From an uncultured bacterium (lineage in GTDB: Bacteria; Zixibacteria; MSB-5A5; JAABVY01; JAHJOQ01): a stretch of 19,472 nucleotides of DNA. Shown here in pieces: positions 9,213 through 19,424 of the stretch. The stretch is taken from contig CBDUQR010000048.1 of the NCBI GenBank assembly GCA_965369655.1, positions 1-19,472 of the forward strand. The letters are read 5' to 3'. Within the stretch, counting starts at the first letter, position 1. Each line of letters opens with the position of its first letter. A model generated the notes under the pieces. It saw nothing but the letters and a program-made list of their open reading frames with translations. It searched no databases and was not told the origin of the DNA. The position numbers and the translations under genes were made by a program.

Positions 9213-9500
9213 TCAGGTCGGGACCGACTGTTTCTTGATTGAACGGTCGAGAGTGCAGTCAGGTCTCGGCAGCTCTGTCCATGAGGAGAGGCATGTTCCG
9301 TCTTCAGTGAATTCCTGGCCATCGCAATCATCAAATTCATCATCCACATCACGCTTTCTTGAGCGGGATGAGCTGACCTTGAAGTCATAATCACAGTCAA
9401 CACATAAGTACAGATCGATAACACCTCCGAATGAGTCCTGAAGGATGACATCGTTGCCGGAACAACGGGGGCACTTTCTTGTTTTTCTGGAACGTCCCAT
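9213..9500 (-). CDS. Small Zn-ribbon protein with an acidic tail, function unknown
   Basis: ATG with AAGAGGA RBS; CPRC...CVDC (two CxxC pairs); basic N-terminus; acidic DVDDEFDDCD segment. Confidence 0.7.
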   Translation of the reverse strand: MGRSRKTRKCPRCSGNDVILQDSFGGVIDLYLCVDCDYDFKVSSSRSRKRDVDDEFDDCDGQEFTEDGTCLSSWTELPRPDCTLDRSIKKQSVPT

Positions 9501-9562
9501 TGGTCAAATCCTCTTACTTAGTCAACAATGCTCAGCAATCTATTCTCTTGTTCTTTCTCCGA

Positions 9563-9586
9563 ACCTATGATATAGATATCATAGGT
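9563..9586. promoter_or_regulatory. 24-bp palindrome, putative transcription-factor operator (or weak terminator of adh)
   Basis: ACCTATGATAT-AG-ATATCATAGGT, perfect 11-bp arms, in the intergenic gap upstream of the Zn-ribbon gene. Confidence 0.55.
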
Positions 9587-9640
9587 GAATACTTGTCTTT
9601 CTACCGACCTTTTCTCGACACCTTCTGGAATTCATCTCAT

Positions 9641-10696
9641 TTACTCAAAGGAGATAAGCGGTTTGATGATGTTATCTTCCTTGGTTTCCATCATCTTGAA
9701 TGCCTTCTCGAGTTCATTGAACTTGAATCGATGAGTCGTCATCGGAGTCGGATCGACTCGTCCTCTCTCGATTAGCCTTAGAAGTCTTTCCATCCTGACT
9801 TTTCCACCGGGGCAGAGGGCTGTTCTGATCGTTTTGTCACTCATTCCAACACCCCATTCCAAACGCGGTATCTTGACAAATTCGCCCTCTCCGAAGTATC
9901 CCACGACTGAGATTGTCCCTCCCGGCCGAGTGACTTAAATGCAGGCTTCAAACGTTTCCTGTCCGCCCAGACATTCGATGGCGGAATCAACTCCTTTGCC
10001 ATCGGTCAGTTCGAGGATATGCTCGACCGGATCAGACTTCGTGAAGTCAACGATCTCATCCGCACCGAACTTCGTGGCTGCCTCAAGCCGATTCGGTTTG
10101 CTATCGACAGCGATCACAAGTCCAGCTCCCAGCAGTCTCGCGCCGGCTGTCGCCATGAGCCCCACTGGACCCTGAGCAAATATGGCAACCGTACCACCGA
10201 GAGGTATATCCGCCTGCTCGGCTCCGATAAATCCTGTAGACATCATATCAGTAGCGTACACGGCTGCTTCGTCCGGAACAGCATTAGGTATCTTCGCAAG
10301 ATTCGCATCGGCGTCATTTACGTGGAAATATTCTGCGAATACACCGTCTTTGATATTAGCGAATTTCCATCCGCCGAGCATCTGAGTGCATTGTGATGGA
10401 AATCCACGAAGACAATTCTCACACATGAAGCACGGCGTGATCGCGTTGACAGCCACTCTATCGCCTTCTGTAAACCATCTAACTTCTTTGCCGACTTTTT
10501 GAACTGTGCCGACGGCCTCATGCCCGAGCGTGAGGTTGTTCCGGTCTCCAATCGCACCGTTGACAGTGTGAACATCAGATGTACAGACGAGCGCTCTTGT
10601 GGTTTTGACAAGAGCGTCATTCGGCCCGGGGCTCGGGATGTTTTTCTCTGCGAACCCGACCTGGCCGATACCATTCATCACAAAACATTTCATCAT
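9641..10696 (-). pseudogene. adh: Zn-dependent (secondary/isopropanol-type) alcohol dehydrogenase interrupted by an in-frame TAA
   Basis: CTSDVH, GHEAVG, C..C..C...FPSQC, GWKFANIKDGVF, TDMMSTGF, GPVGLMA, LCPGGKVRM, IKPLI. The two ORF-track pieces are in the same frame and read ...FEACI*VTRPGGTISVVGYFG... with the stop at 9937-9935. Total length is 352 codons. Confidence 0.88.
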
Positions 10697-10835
10697 TTTC
10701 TGAATCCATGGCTCACGTTTTTTGAGACCGGCGATTTGAGCCAACATCAGCCGGTTCCTACTGTCTTGTTAGTACCGGCGTTCAATCCCGGCATGTACAT
10801 TCGTATAAGGCTTCACACTCTGTTCTTTGTGAGAG

Positions 10836-12161
10836 CTAAGCTTTCGGTTTCTTTGTCCCATCAACGCTGTGGTTTCCCACAGAATCAAGTGCCACGAACG
10901 ACGGTAACGGTTTGATGAATCGCTGGCGTAGACTGTACGTATATGCGCCCTGAGTCGGGACTAACAGAACATCACCGCGCTCGATGCCATTGCCGAAGTA
11001 TGAATATCCCCAGATATCGTGTGGTGTGCAAAGCAACCCGTAAACGGCGCTCTCTCTCTCGTTAAGACTTGGTCTCGACAGGTTGATTACAGGAAAATAG
11101 TCGGTCTCGAATCTGTCCCATCCGACCGCATTTGTGCCTCCGTCGGTGACAACTATATCATCCGCCTTCTTGTCCACAACTTTGAGCAGGATGTGCACCG
11201 CATCATTGCATAGCCATCTACCCGGTTCAGCGTAGATCGTACAATCGATATGCGGCTGAATGTGTGTTTTGATCGCACTGCCGATTGCTTCAGCGAATTC
11301 CTCAATTGATGATGCCGGAAGTCTGTAATGAGTGAGATCGCTCGGCCAGAAGTTATCGGATGATGCGGCGCTAATCCTGCCAAAGTCTGTACCTGCTTCC
11401 TGAAGCCATTCGCCACGCGGAGGCCAGAATCCTCCGCCAATGTCTATGAATGAGATGGCCGAGCTCATATCTGCGTCGAGAGTCCTCAACTGCTTTCCGA
11501 GTCGCTCAATGAAGGCAATCTGTCTGCTCGAGTCGAGATTCCAACTCGTGTGAAATTGAATGCCTGTAATTCGCACGTTTTCGCAGCGACTGGATCTCAG
11601 GAAAAATTCAACGAGATCCTTGAGCGGGATTCCGAATTTTCTCCAAAGGCCGCTGTCTTCAGTGCTTACACGAACGCCAATTCGCATAGGATTGGCTGAG
11701 ACGCGTGCTGCTCTGTCCAGGCGCTCCAGTTCACCGAAACTATCGACCAATACCGTCACGCGATCCACGTAGTCGACCGCCATCCTCAACTCTTCGTCAG
11801 TTTTGCCGGGACCGCTGAACAGAATCCTATCGCATTTGCAGTTGATCGCCAGCTCCAATTCATTCCCACTGGAAACATCAAGACCGAGACTCGCTGAGAC
11901 GGCAGTTTCTGCTATCATCGGGTGATTATTGCTCTTTACAGCATAATAGATATGGACGTCCGGAAGAATGCCGTCAAAGGCGAAGCTGAACTCCGCTGCT
12001 CGGTTCAGAAAGGTCTTCCTATCGAACACATATAGTGGCGAGCCGTGTTCCTCTATCAGCCTGCAGAAGACATCGCTCTGCCGGTTGAATTGCTTAACAA
12101 ACGATTGGAGTTCCGTCTGTCGGAAGTACGGGCGTCTCGCGTGACAGTCGCTTCCTGACAC
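10836..12161 (-). CDS. PLP-dependent fold-type III decarboxylase (Orn/DAP/Arg decarboxylase family), substrate unknown
   Basis: YAVKSN (PLP lysine), DVSSGNEL, FSGPGKT, KFGI, IDIGGG, EPGR, LCTPHD, GAY. FHTSW replaces the usual HxGSQ. Start uncertain: GTG 12161, or ATG 12189 with a frameshift. Confidence 0.9.
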   Translation of the reverse strand: MSGSDCHARRPYFRQTELQSFVKQFNRQSDVFCRLIEEHGSPLYVFDRKTFLNRAAEFSFAFDGILPDVHIYYAVKSNNHPMIAETAVSASLGLDVSSGNELELAINCKCDRILFSGPGKTDEELRMAVDYVDRVTVLVDSFGELERLDRAARVSANPMRIGVRVSTEDSGLWRKFGIPLKDLVEFFLRSSRCENVRITGIQFHTSWNLDSSRQIAFIERLGKQLRTLDADMSSAISFIDIGGGFWPPRGEWLQEAGTDFGRISAASSDNFWPSDLTHYRLPASSIEEFAEAIGSAIKTHIQPHIDCTIYAEPGRWLCNDAVHILLKVVDKKADDIVVTDGGTNAVGWDRFETDYFPVINLSRPSLNERESAVYGLLCTPHDIWGYSYFGNGIERGDVLLVPTQGAYTYSLRQRFIKPLPSFVALDSVGNHSVDGTKKPKA

Positions 12162-12164
12162 CCT

Positions 12165-13472
12165 CTATGATGCTTTGGGTGCTCTGCATAACTCTTCTTC
12201 CATTTCGATCTTGAGCTTGGTGGAGATGTCGTGACATTCGTAGGGAATAGCGCTGACATCATTCGGACGGAAAATCACATGTCCCAAAATGCGGGAATCA
12301 TAATCGTACGGAGTAAGAACTACCCTGTGACCCACTCCGTGTCTGAGTTTGATGTCCCTGGCTCGAGAGTCAGAGGATATCAAATGGTGCGATAATCTTG
12401 TGATTGTGCCCTCCTGGGAGGCGAATAACCTGAGACCAACACAGGTGTTCCACTTGGTGTAATCCGGAGCAGTGTGGGATAATCCGTCGGCGAAGTTCAA
12501 CGCGAATGCTATAATGTCGAACTTCCCGCTCTGCAACATCAGTTCGGGCAAGCAATCACCACCCGGGCGTGGGGAGAGCTCGAGAAAGATAGCTTTGTCA
12601 TCCACTACCATGAAGTCAAGCATGCATATGGATCGAGTCAGTTTGAGAGCACGAGTTGCACGGAGGACTTCAGCTTTGAAGTCGCTGAGGTTGAATTTCT
12701 TTGGCAACATCGCCGGGATTACATACGCCCAGGTTGTGCCGAAAACCTGGCTTGGCGCATGTAGTTTCCTCGCGAATCGTATGATTTCTATGGATTCTCC
12801 ATTTACCTCAAAGTCACAGCTGAACTCGAGTCCATCGACGGATTCTTCGGCTATGAAGACTTTACGCGGACTCAATTCCAGGTGGTCGCTGGTGCCAGCC
12901 GGGTAGAGCCTGTCATCGCTGTGTCTGCTGATCCTTTTCTGCAAAGTTGAGAATGCCTTGGCGCATTCCTCTCGATCCTTGCACTTGAATACGAGTTCAC
13001 TGCCTGTTCCTGTCAGTGGCTTGAGTATGATCGGTCTATTCCGCTTATCGAAGATACTGAGGACATTATCGAGACAGTACACTGGATCGGCGTCGGGGCA
13101 GGGGACGCCGGCCTTTTTCCATGTTTTGCGTGTTACGTACTTGTTTCTGCAGGCAGTTACGGCCTCTCGGGAGGGGAATGGTAGTCCCAGTTTCTCGGCA
13201 AGATATGCTGCGAGATCAAGGGATTCGCAATCGAAACAGGCTAGGCCGGATGGCGTAATCTCTGTATTGTCAAGGTGGCTTCTCAGCGAATTGAATACTT
13301 CAGGATAGTCAGTGAGATCGCATGTGATCTCATCGCGATGCCAGAAATGACTTTCAGCCACATCCTCATTTATGCTGTGTGAAACAAAGAGTGTGCGACC
13401 CGGATAGCTTCTTCGAATCAGATCCACGTAATCTGTTGTTGTACCCACAGCCAATGTACGTCTATCCAACAT
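12165..13472 (-). CDS. ATP-grasp domain protein (L-amino-acid ligase-like)
   Basis: CRNKYVTR..W.KAGVPCP, IILKPLTGTGSELV, IAEESVDGLEFSCD, IFLELSPRPGGD, ILGHVIF. Likely start ATG 13472 (AAGAGG/AAGGA upstream), overlapping the GNAT stop by 11 nt. Confidence 0.88.
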   Translation of the reverse strand: MLDRRTLAVGTTTDYVDLIRRSYPGRTLFVSHSINEDVAESHFWHRDEITCDLTDYPEVFNSLRSHLDNTEITPSGLACFDCESLDLAAYLAEKLGLPFPSREAVTACRNKYVTRKTWKKAGVPCPDADPVYCLDNVLSIFDKRNRPIILKPLTGTGSELVFKCKDREECAKAFSTLQKRISRHSDDRLYPAGTSDHLELSPRKVFIAEESVDGLEFSCDFEVNGESIEIIRFARKLHAPSQVFGTTWAYVIPAMLPKKFNLSDFKAEVLRATRALKLTRSICMLDFMVVDDKAIFLELSPRPGGDCLPELMLQSGKFDIIAFALNFADGLSHTAPDYTKWNTCVGLRLFASQEGTITRLSHHLISSDSRARDIKLRHGVGHRVVLTPYDYDSRILGHVIFRPNDVSAIPYECHDISTKLKIEMEEELCRAPKAS

Positions 13473-14424
13473 TCCTTGCCTCTTTAGGTCTTGCTTGCTG
13501 GTTAAATCCGGCACCGTCGAAGTTCGAAATTGCGAAGAGTGGTCTCGGAGTAAGGTGGAACATGGGCTTCCAGGAGAATTCTCCGCAAAGGAAATCAACT
13601 TCCCTGATTCGCTCTTCGCACGCCCAGCTCATGTGGTGTATGTTGATCAGTTTGGCAATACCGGGGAATTCAGGATCGGTACTACCTGCAATTAGCGTAT
13701 AAGCATTGTTGAAAACAGCTCCGAGATCGACTGCCGCTGGCATTCCGTCTACTAAGACCGTCGTTATTCGAAGCCACCCGTTCTTAGCTAACAGGTGCAT
13801 CAAGCATCGAATGCTTTCACGGAATTTGATGTCATGGAAATATGAACGTTCCTCGTACCTGCTTAGATTCTGAGTTATGAGAGTATCGAAATCAGCCAGA
13901 CAATCGTATCTGAAGCTTAAATTCCGTGATTCCCAATCTCTAAGGATGTTCTTGATGCGCTTGGCTGATTTGCCCGAGAACTCCTGGAAATAGTTTTCCA
14001 TATCGTATCCGTACTTCGGCGGTTCGAACAAATACCCGACTTCATCAATAGCACAACCGTTAGTCCCAATCGAATCCATCTCACGCAAATAACGGAGTTT
14101 ATACGGCGCTGGTATGGCATCGAATAGCATAGTGCGAGTCTTGTCGTCGCAAGCAATAATACGATTCTGCTCGATCCAGGTCTTACCTTCCCAGGTCTCA
14201 CCGGGGAAGTAGCTGTAGCAAGATGTCTCATCGTTCCAGCTGAGCGGGAGCAGGCCGGTGATCCGGCCACGCTCTTCCGTTACAATGAAAAGGGGGGATA
14301 AATTGAAGTGGCGATCGAAACATCTGCGAACTTCCCACAGATCCCAAATTGTCTCTCTGGGCATAGTTTCGTTCCAGAGCTTCTCGCACTCTTGTATGTC
14401 TGAGACGAGCCTAACCTTGTACAT
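13462..14424 (-). CDS. GNAT-family acyltransferase (CelD/BcsL, Acetyltransf_6-like double GNAT)
   Basis: N-terminal 'W..L...FD.HF...LFIV.EE.GRITGLLPL'; central YFQEFSGKSAKRIK; C-terminal VLVDGMPAAVDLG...GSTDPEFPGIAKL...EVDFLCGEFSWK. Confidence 0.8.
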   Translation of the reverse strand: MYKVRLVSDIQECEKLWNETMPRETIWDLWEVRRCFDRHFNLSPLFIVTEERGRITGLLPLSWNDETSCYSYFPGETWEGKTWIEQNRIIACDDKTRTMLFDAIPAPYKLRYLREMDSIGTNGCAIDEVGYLFEPPKYGYDMENYFQEFSGKSAKRIKNILRDWESRNLSFRYDCLADFDTLITQNLSRYEERSYFHDIKFRESIRCLMHLLAKNGWLRITTVLVDGMPAAVDLGAVFNNAYTLIAGSTDPEFPGIAKLINIHHMSWACEERIREVDFLCGEFSWKPMFHLTPRPLFAISNFDGAGFNQQARPKEARNVG

Positions 14425-14427
14425 GGC

Positions 14428-14877
14428 TTAACGCCTCAGGTTTATCTGTGTTATGCACTCCGCGCCGCCGAAGAACTTCTTGGCAAACTCAGCAACGACA
14501 TTCGGGTCGTATGATTTACAGCTGAAAACGTCCAGATAAGTAGCATTGGTCTTATTCGCGAAATGCGCTGATATCAGTGATGTCTCGATCAGCTGAACCA
14601 TCGAATAACCAGCAACTCTCTCATCCTCACCGAAGTGAACCACCATCGTTTCTCCAAAGCGTTTCATCTCTATGAGATCGCAGAGCTCTGACACGAACTG
14701 CTTTATTTTGTCGGCGTCGCGAATCGTTGCAGGATCGCATCCGTAAATGTCAAAGCTGCATGCTAATCCCCAGGCTCGATGCAGTTCATCTACACTGAAG
14801 TTACTTACGGTTGAGTCTGCAGACAGCGCTGCGGAGCACTTCACAGCTACATCAGGTGTTTCAACTATTGCCTTCAT
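14428..14877 (-). CDS. S-adenosylmethionine decarboxylase-family (pyruvoyl) proenzyme
   Basis: WG....DIYGCD, HFG...GYSMVQLIETSLISAHF, YLDVFSCKSYD: SpeD/SpeH class 1b-like fold with an ETS motif at the processing site. Start ATG 14877 with GGAG RBS. Confidence 0.87.
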   Translation of the reverse strand: MKAIVETPDVAVKCSAALSADSTVSNFSVDELHRAWGLACSFDIYGCDPATIRDADKIKQFVSELCDLIEMKRFGETMVVHFGEDERVAGYSMVQLIETSLISAHFANKTNATYLDVFSCKSYDPNVVAEFAKKFFGGAECITQINLRR

Positions 14878-14954
14878 CTCGTTTCTCCAAAACTTCGTTG
14901 TTAACTCGGAGTGCATCGGTTGGCTACGGGCCAATGGACCGATACACCCACCCC

Positions 14955-15530
14955 TTAGCCTTTTCGCTGCCCCTTATTAGGCATGAGCACTGCGTCGATT
15001 ACATGGATCACGCCGTTCTCACACCAAATGCCGTAGTCGAGTGCTACGGCATCGCCGATTTTTGTCAATCCTGTTTCGGATCTCGTTATTACGATTCTCT
15101 CACCGGCTATAGTGATGAGTGTGTCGTTCGCGGTTTTGCCAAACAAATAAGATATTCCGACAACGATGTGGTTGCTCAATACCTCCCGTAGATATTCCGT
15201 ATCTGACAGGAGAGCATCGAGATCATCTTTTGCCAGTTTGTCGAATGATGAATCATCGGGTGCGAAAAATGTGAACGATTGCCTCGTATCGAGGAATTCA
15301 TCCAACCCCGTCTTAGTCAGTAGTAAGGCTGCGAACTCGAGTGTGCTGTATTCGCTCATCACATTCACTACACTATACTCCAATTCATCGGGAGCCAGCT
15401 CGAACTTATCAAGGTAATCGGGGTGATCGTCAGGCTCTTGTGCTCCGGTGGATGTGTATAGTATGAAACCTACCGTTGCAGGTCCTATCAGGAACCAACT
15501 GGATCGCAATATGTCTCGTATTGCTTTCAT
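14955..15530 (-). CDS. Fasciclin (FAS1) domain protein, secreted or membrane-anchored
   Basis: N-terminal hydrophobic segment; FTFFAPDDSSF (H1), VLSNHIVVG, ENGVIHVIDAVLMP (H2); GGAGGT RBS. Confidence 0.92.
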   Translation of the reverse strand: MKAIRDILRSSWFLIGPATVGFILYTSTGAQEPDDHPDYLDKFELAPDELEYSVVNVMSEYSTLEFAALLLTKTGLDEFLDTRQSFTFFAPDDSSFDKLAKDDLDALLSDTEYLREVLSNHIVVGISYLFGKTANDTLITIAGERIVITRSETGLTKIGDAVALDYGIWCENGVIHVIDAVLMPNKGQRKG

Positions 15531-15550
15531 CTCATCTTACCTCCGCTGAA

Positions 15551-15574
15551 CGCGGATATTGAAACAATTCCGCG
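15551..15574 (-). terminator. Stem-loop between groEL and the fasciclin gene (weak terminator or stability element)
   Basis: CGCGGA-t-ATTG-aaa-CAAT-TCCGCG, 14 nt after the groEL stop. There is no clear U-tract. Confidence 0.35.
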
Positions 15575-15588
15575 CTCACATATTGTGA

Positions 15589-17526
<1,938 letters not shown>

Positions 17527-17889
17527 AATCATGTGCTCCTGTTTTCCCTCGTTCCGGATCCACTTCACCATAGCGGGTAAATGGGTCCGGCTGACTAAGC
17601 GTCCTGAGCTATCACGTACCGATTCCCGGCTACTCCTGTGAGCTGCGCTCATCAGTACGCGCTTCTTCAATGGCCGACGTATCGGCAATGCCGACTACAC
17701 CGGTATGTGATCTGTTGTGGATAGATTCCCTATGTTAGCATAGGTTGCAACCCTCCAGCACGGGCTGCGGGGCTACGTGGATCAGGTGGTGAGCCTGAGG
17801 TCGCCTTCCCCGTGTCCCGGCAAAAGCAGAACTCCAACCGAACTAGTATGGCGACAATTGTTTATGTAAGATCCCATCTTCTCAGCATG

Positions 17890-18543
17890 CTACTTTTTCT
17901 TGGGCATCGCTTCCTTAATGAATCGAACGAGTCCAGCGACAAACGCACTTTTTAGACTCATGAAAGATTCTTCAACTTCCTCCGCCGAACTGGCAATACT
18001 GGCAAAGGAATAATATCCGGAGATGAATCCTCCGATGGCGAACGCCACCTTTCGAAGGATTTCCCTTGAAACCTTCATGGTGACCGCTGAGTCGACCATC
18101 TTCTCTATAGTCCGTATGTAATTCAGGTATGGCGCCTCGATTCCGTCGTAACTCTGGTCCAGAGTCAGGTCAGACCGACCTAAATAGTATAGCACGAAAT
18201 CCTCCCATCGGCCAACAAAGTAGTCCGTGTGCGCCTGTATTATACCTTCCATGACAGAAGGCAGGTCTGACTCATCATCGCACTGTACTTTCATCTCCCG
18301 AATGAGACCAGACATGACCTCTTCGATGAGATTCTTAACCAGTTCCCCTTTGCTATCGAAATGATAATAGAAAGTTCCGCGGCCAAGATCAGCGCGCTCA
18401 GTTATGTCGTCCACGGTAGTAGCCTCAATGCCCTTCTCCGAGATGACGGAGCGAGCGGCTTCTGTGATTTTCTTGTGCGTCTTCTTGACACGTCTGTCTT
18501 GCCGGCTCTGCCTTTTGGCCGGCTTCTTGGCTTCGGCTTCCAT
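17890..18543 (-). CDS. TetR/AcrR-family transcriptional regulator
   Basis: DRRVKKT.KKI..AA..VISEKGIEATTVDDITERADLGRGTFYYHFDSKGEL HTH. Alternative in-frame ATGs at 18573 and 18585. Confidence 0.93.
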   Translation of the reverse strand: MEAEAKKPAKRQSRQDRRVKKTHKKITEAARSVISEKGIEATTVDDITERADLGRGTFYYHFDSKGELVKNLIEEVMSGLIREMKVQCDDESDLPSVMEGIIQAHTDYFVGRWEDFVLYYLGRSDLTLDQSYDGIEAPYLNYIRTIEKMVDSAVTMKVSREILRKVAFAIGGFISGYYSFASIASSAEEVEESFMSLKSAFVAGLVRFIKEAMPKKK

Positions 18544-18594
18544 ATCTCTATCTTTCTTCGACGCTCCCTTCATATTCGACTGCATCGTCAATTA

Positions 18595-18609
18595 CGACAT
18601 AAATGTCAA
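18595..18609 (-). promoter_or_regulatory. Palindrome overlapping a TTGACA box upstream of tetR (putative autoregulatory operator)
   Basis: GACAT-AA-ATGTC (18596-18607); minus-strand TTGACA at 18609-18604. No convincing -10 box at 16-18 nt. Confidence 0.4.
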
Positions 18610-19265
18610 GCAATATTTTCAGGCGAGCCTAACTTTTTTCGAACAACGATTAGGTGATTGGGGCTCTGGAACTTATGCAGCTGTTTGGGCAACCGCCAAT
18701 TTCACGAATTCATTAAATGAACTCGACCTTCTTTGGTCGTTTTTGTCGGGTCTGAAACTGTACAGGTGAATAAGAATCCGGTCTTCAGGGATGAATTGCG
18801 GTCGTATAAACACGGCAGTTGTCATGGCGACTCTATTGTATCCATTACGGCCTGGCTTGTGACTTTTTAGTGTCCACTCACGGCGAAAGCAGGTAGTAGT
18901 AAGCAGAACCATCCACAGATAGGCAGAGAAACGAAGTCACTGCAGTTCTTCGAGTTGTGAGTTAAGGCGCTGCCATCCCACAGGTTAGAGAATAGCCCCC
19001 GGAGAATTCATAGTTCACAATTAATTTATCGATTATCGCTATCTCGATGCAGGGTTGTCAAGACGATGCTCTCAATTCACATCTCGGTTTATAAGTTGTC
19101 GAAGAGTCAGCTTGCATTATCTAAGGCTGGTTACTAAATTGGTACTCCTAATATGTGTTTAACGCATGCGAAACCACGGTTGCAGCAATTGTACCACCGG
19201 TATGCTAAGTCTCTTCGCGCTACCTTGCATTCATCATATTTGCAATTACTTACTTGGAGGAATGC

Positions 19266-19424
19266 GTGAACATCTCAATCCGAGAGGCAACACTTGCCGA
19301 CATTGATCCTCTGAGCAGATTGATTCAGGGTTTTATTAGAGAGCATAGCTGCATGATTGGGGGCACTAAGACCAGAGAACTACCGGATATTGCTAATCAA
19401 CAGAGATCTTCGCTATGGGTGTGA
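19266..19424 (+). pseudogene. Probable truncated GNAT acetyltransferase N-terminus
   Basis: GGAGG RBS (19256-19260) and GTG start; MNISIREATLADIDPLSRLIQGFIREH resembles the GNAT beta1-alpha1 start, but the ORF stops after 52 codons. Confidence 0.5.

Noticed and set aside
9935-9937. Stop-codon recoding or alternative genetic code in adh
   Set aside because: The codon is TAA, which terminates several other genes in the window (tcmP, guaA, groES).
17649-17655. Hammerhead ribozyme core (CUGAUGA on the minus strand)
   Set aside because: No GAAA after the following stem and no stem I/III arrangement; the motif is part of a different helix.
17533-17889. CIRCE element upstream of groES
   Set aside because: Only TTAGCA (17735-17740) is present; there is no TTAGCACTC-N9-GAGTGCTAA.
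18673-18912. 79-aa minus-strand ORF upstream of tetR
   Set aside because: No RBS or recognisable motif. The region 18610-19250 may be degraded sequence, but I cannot assign it.
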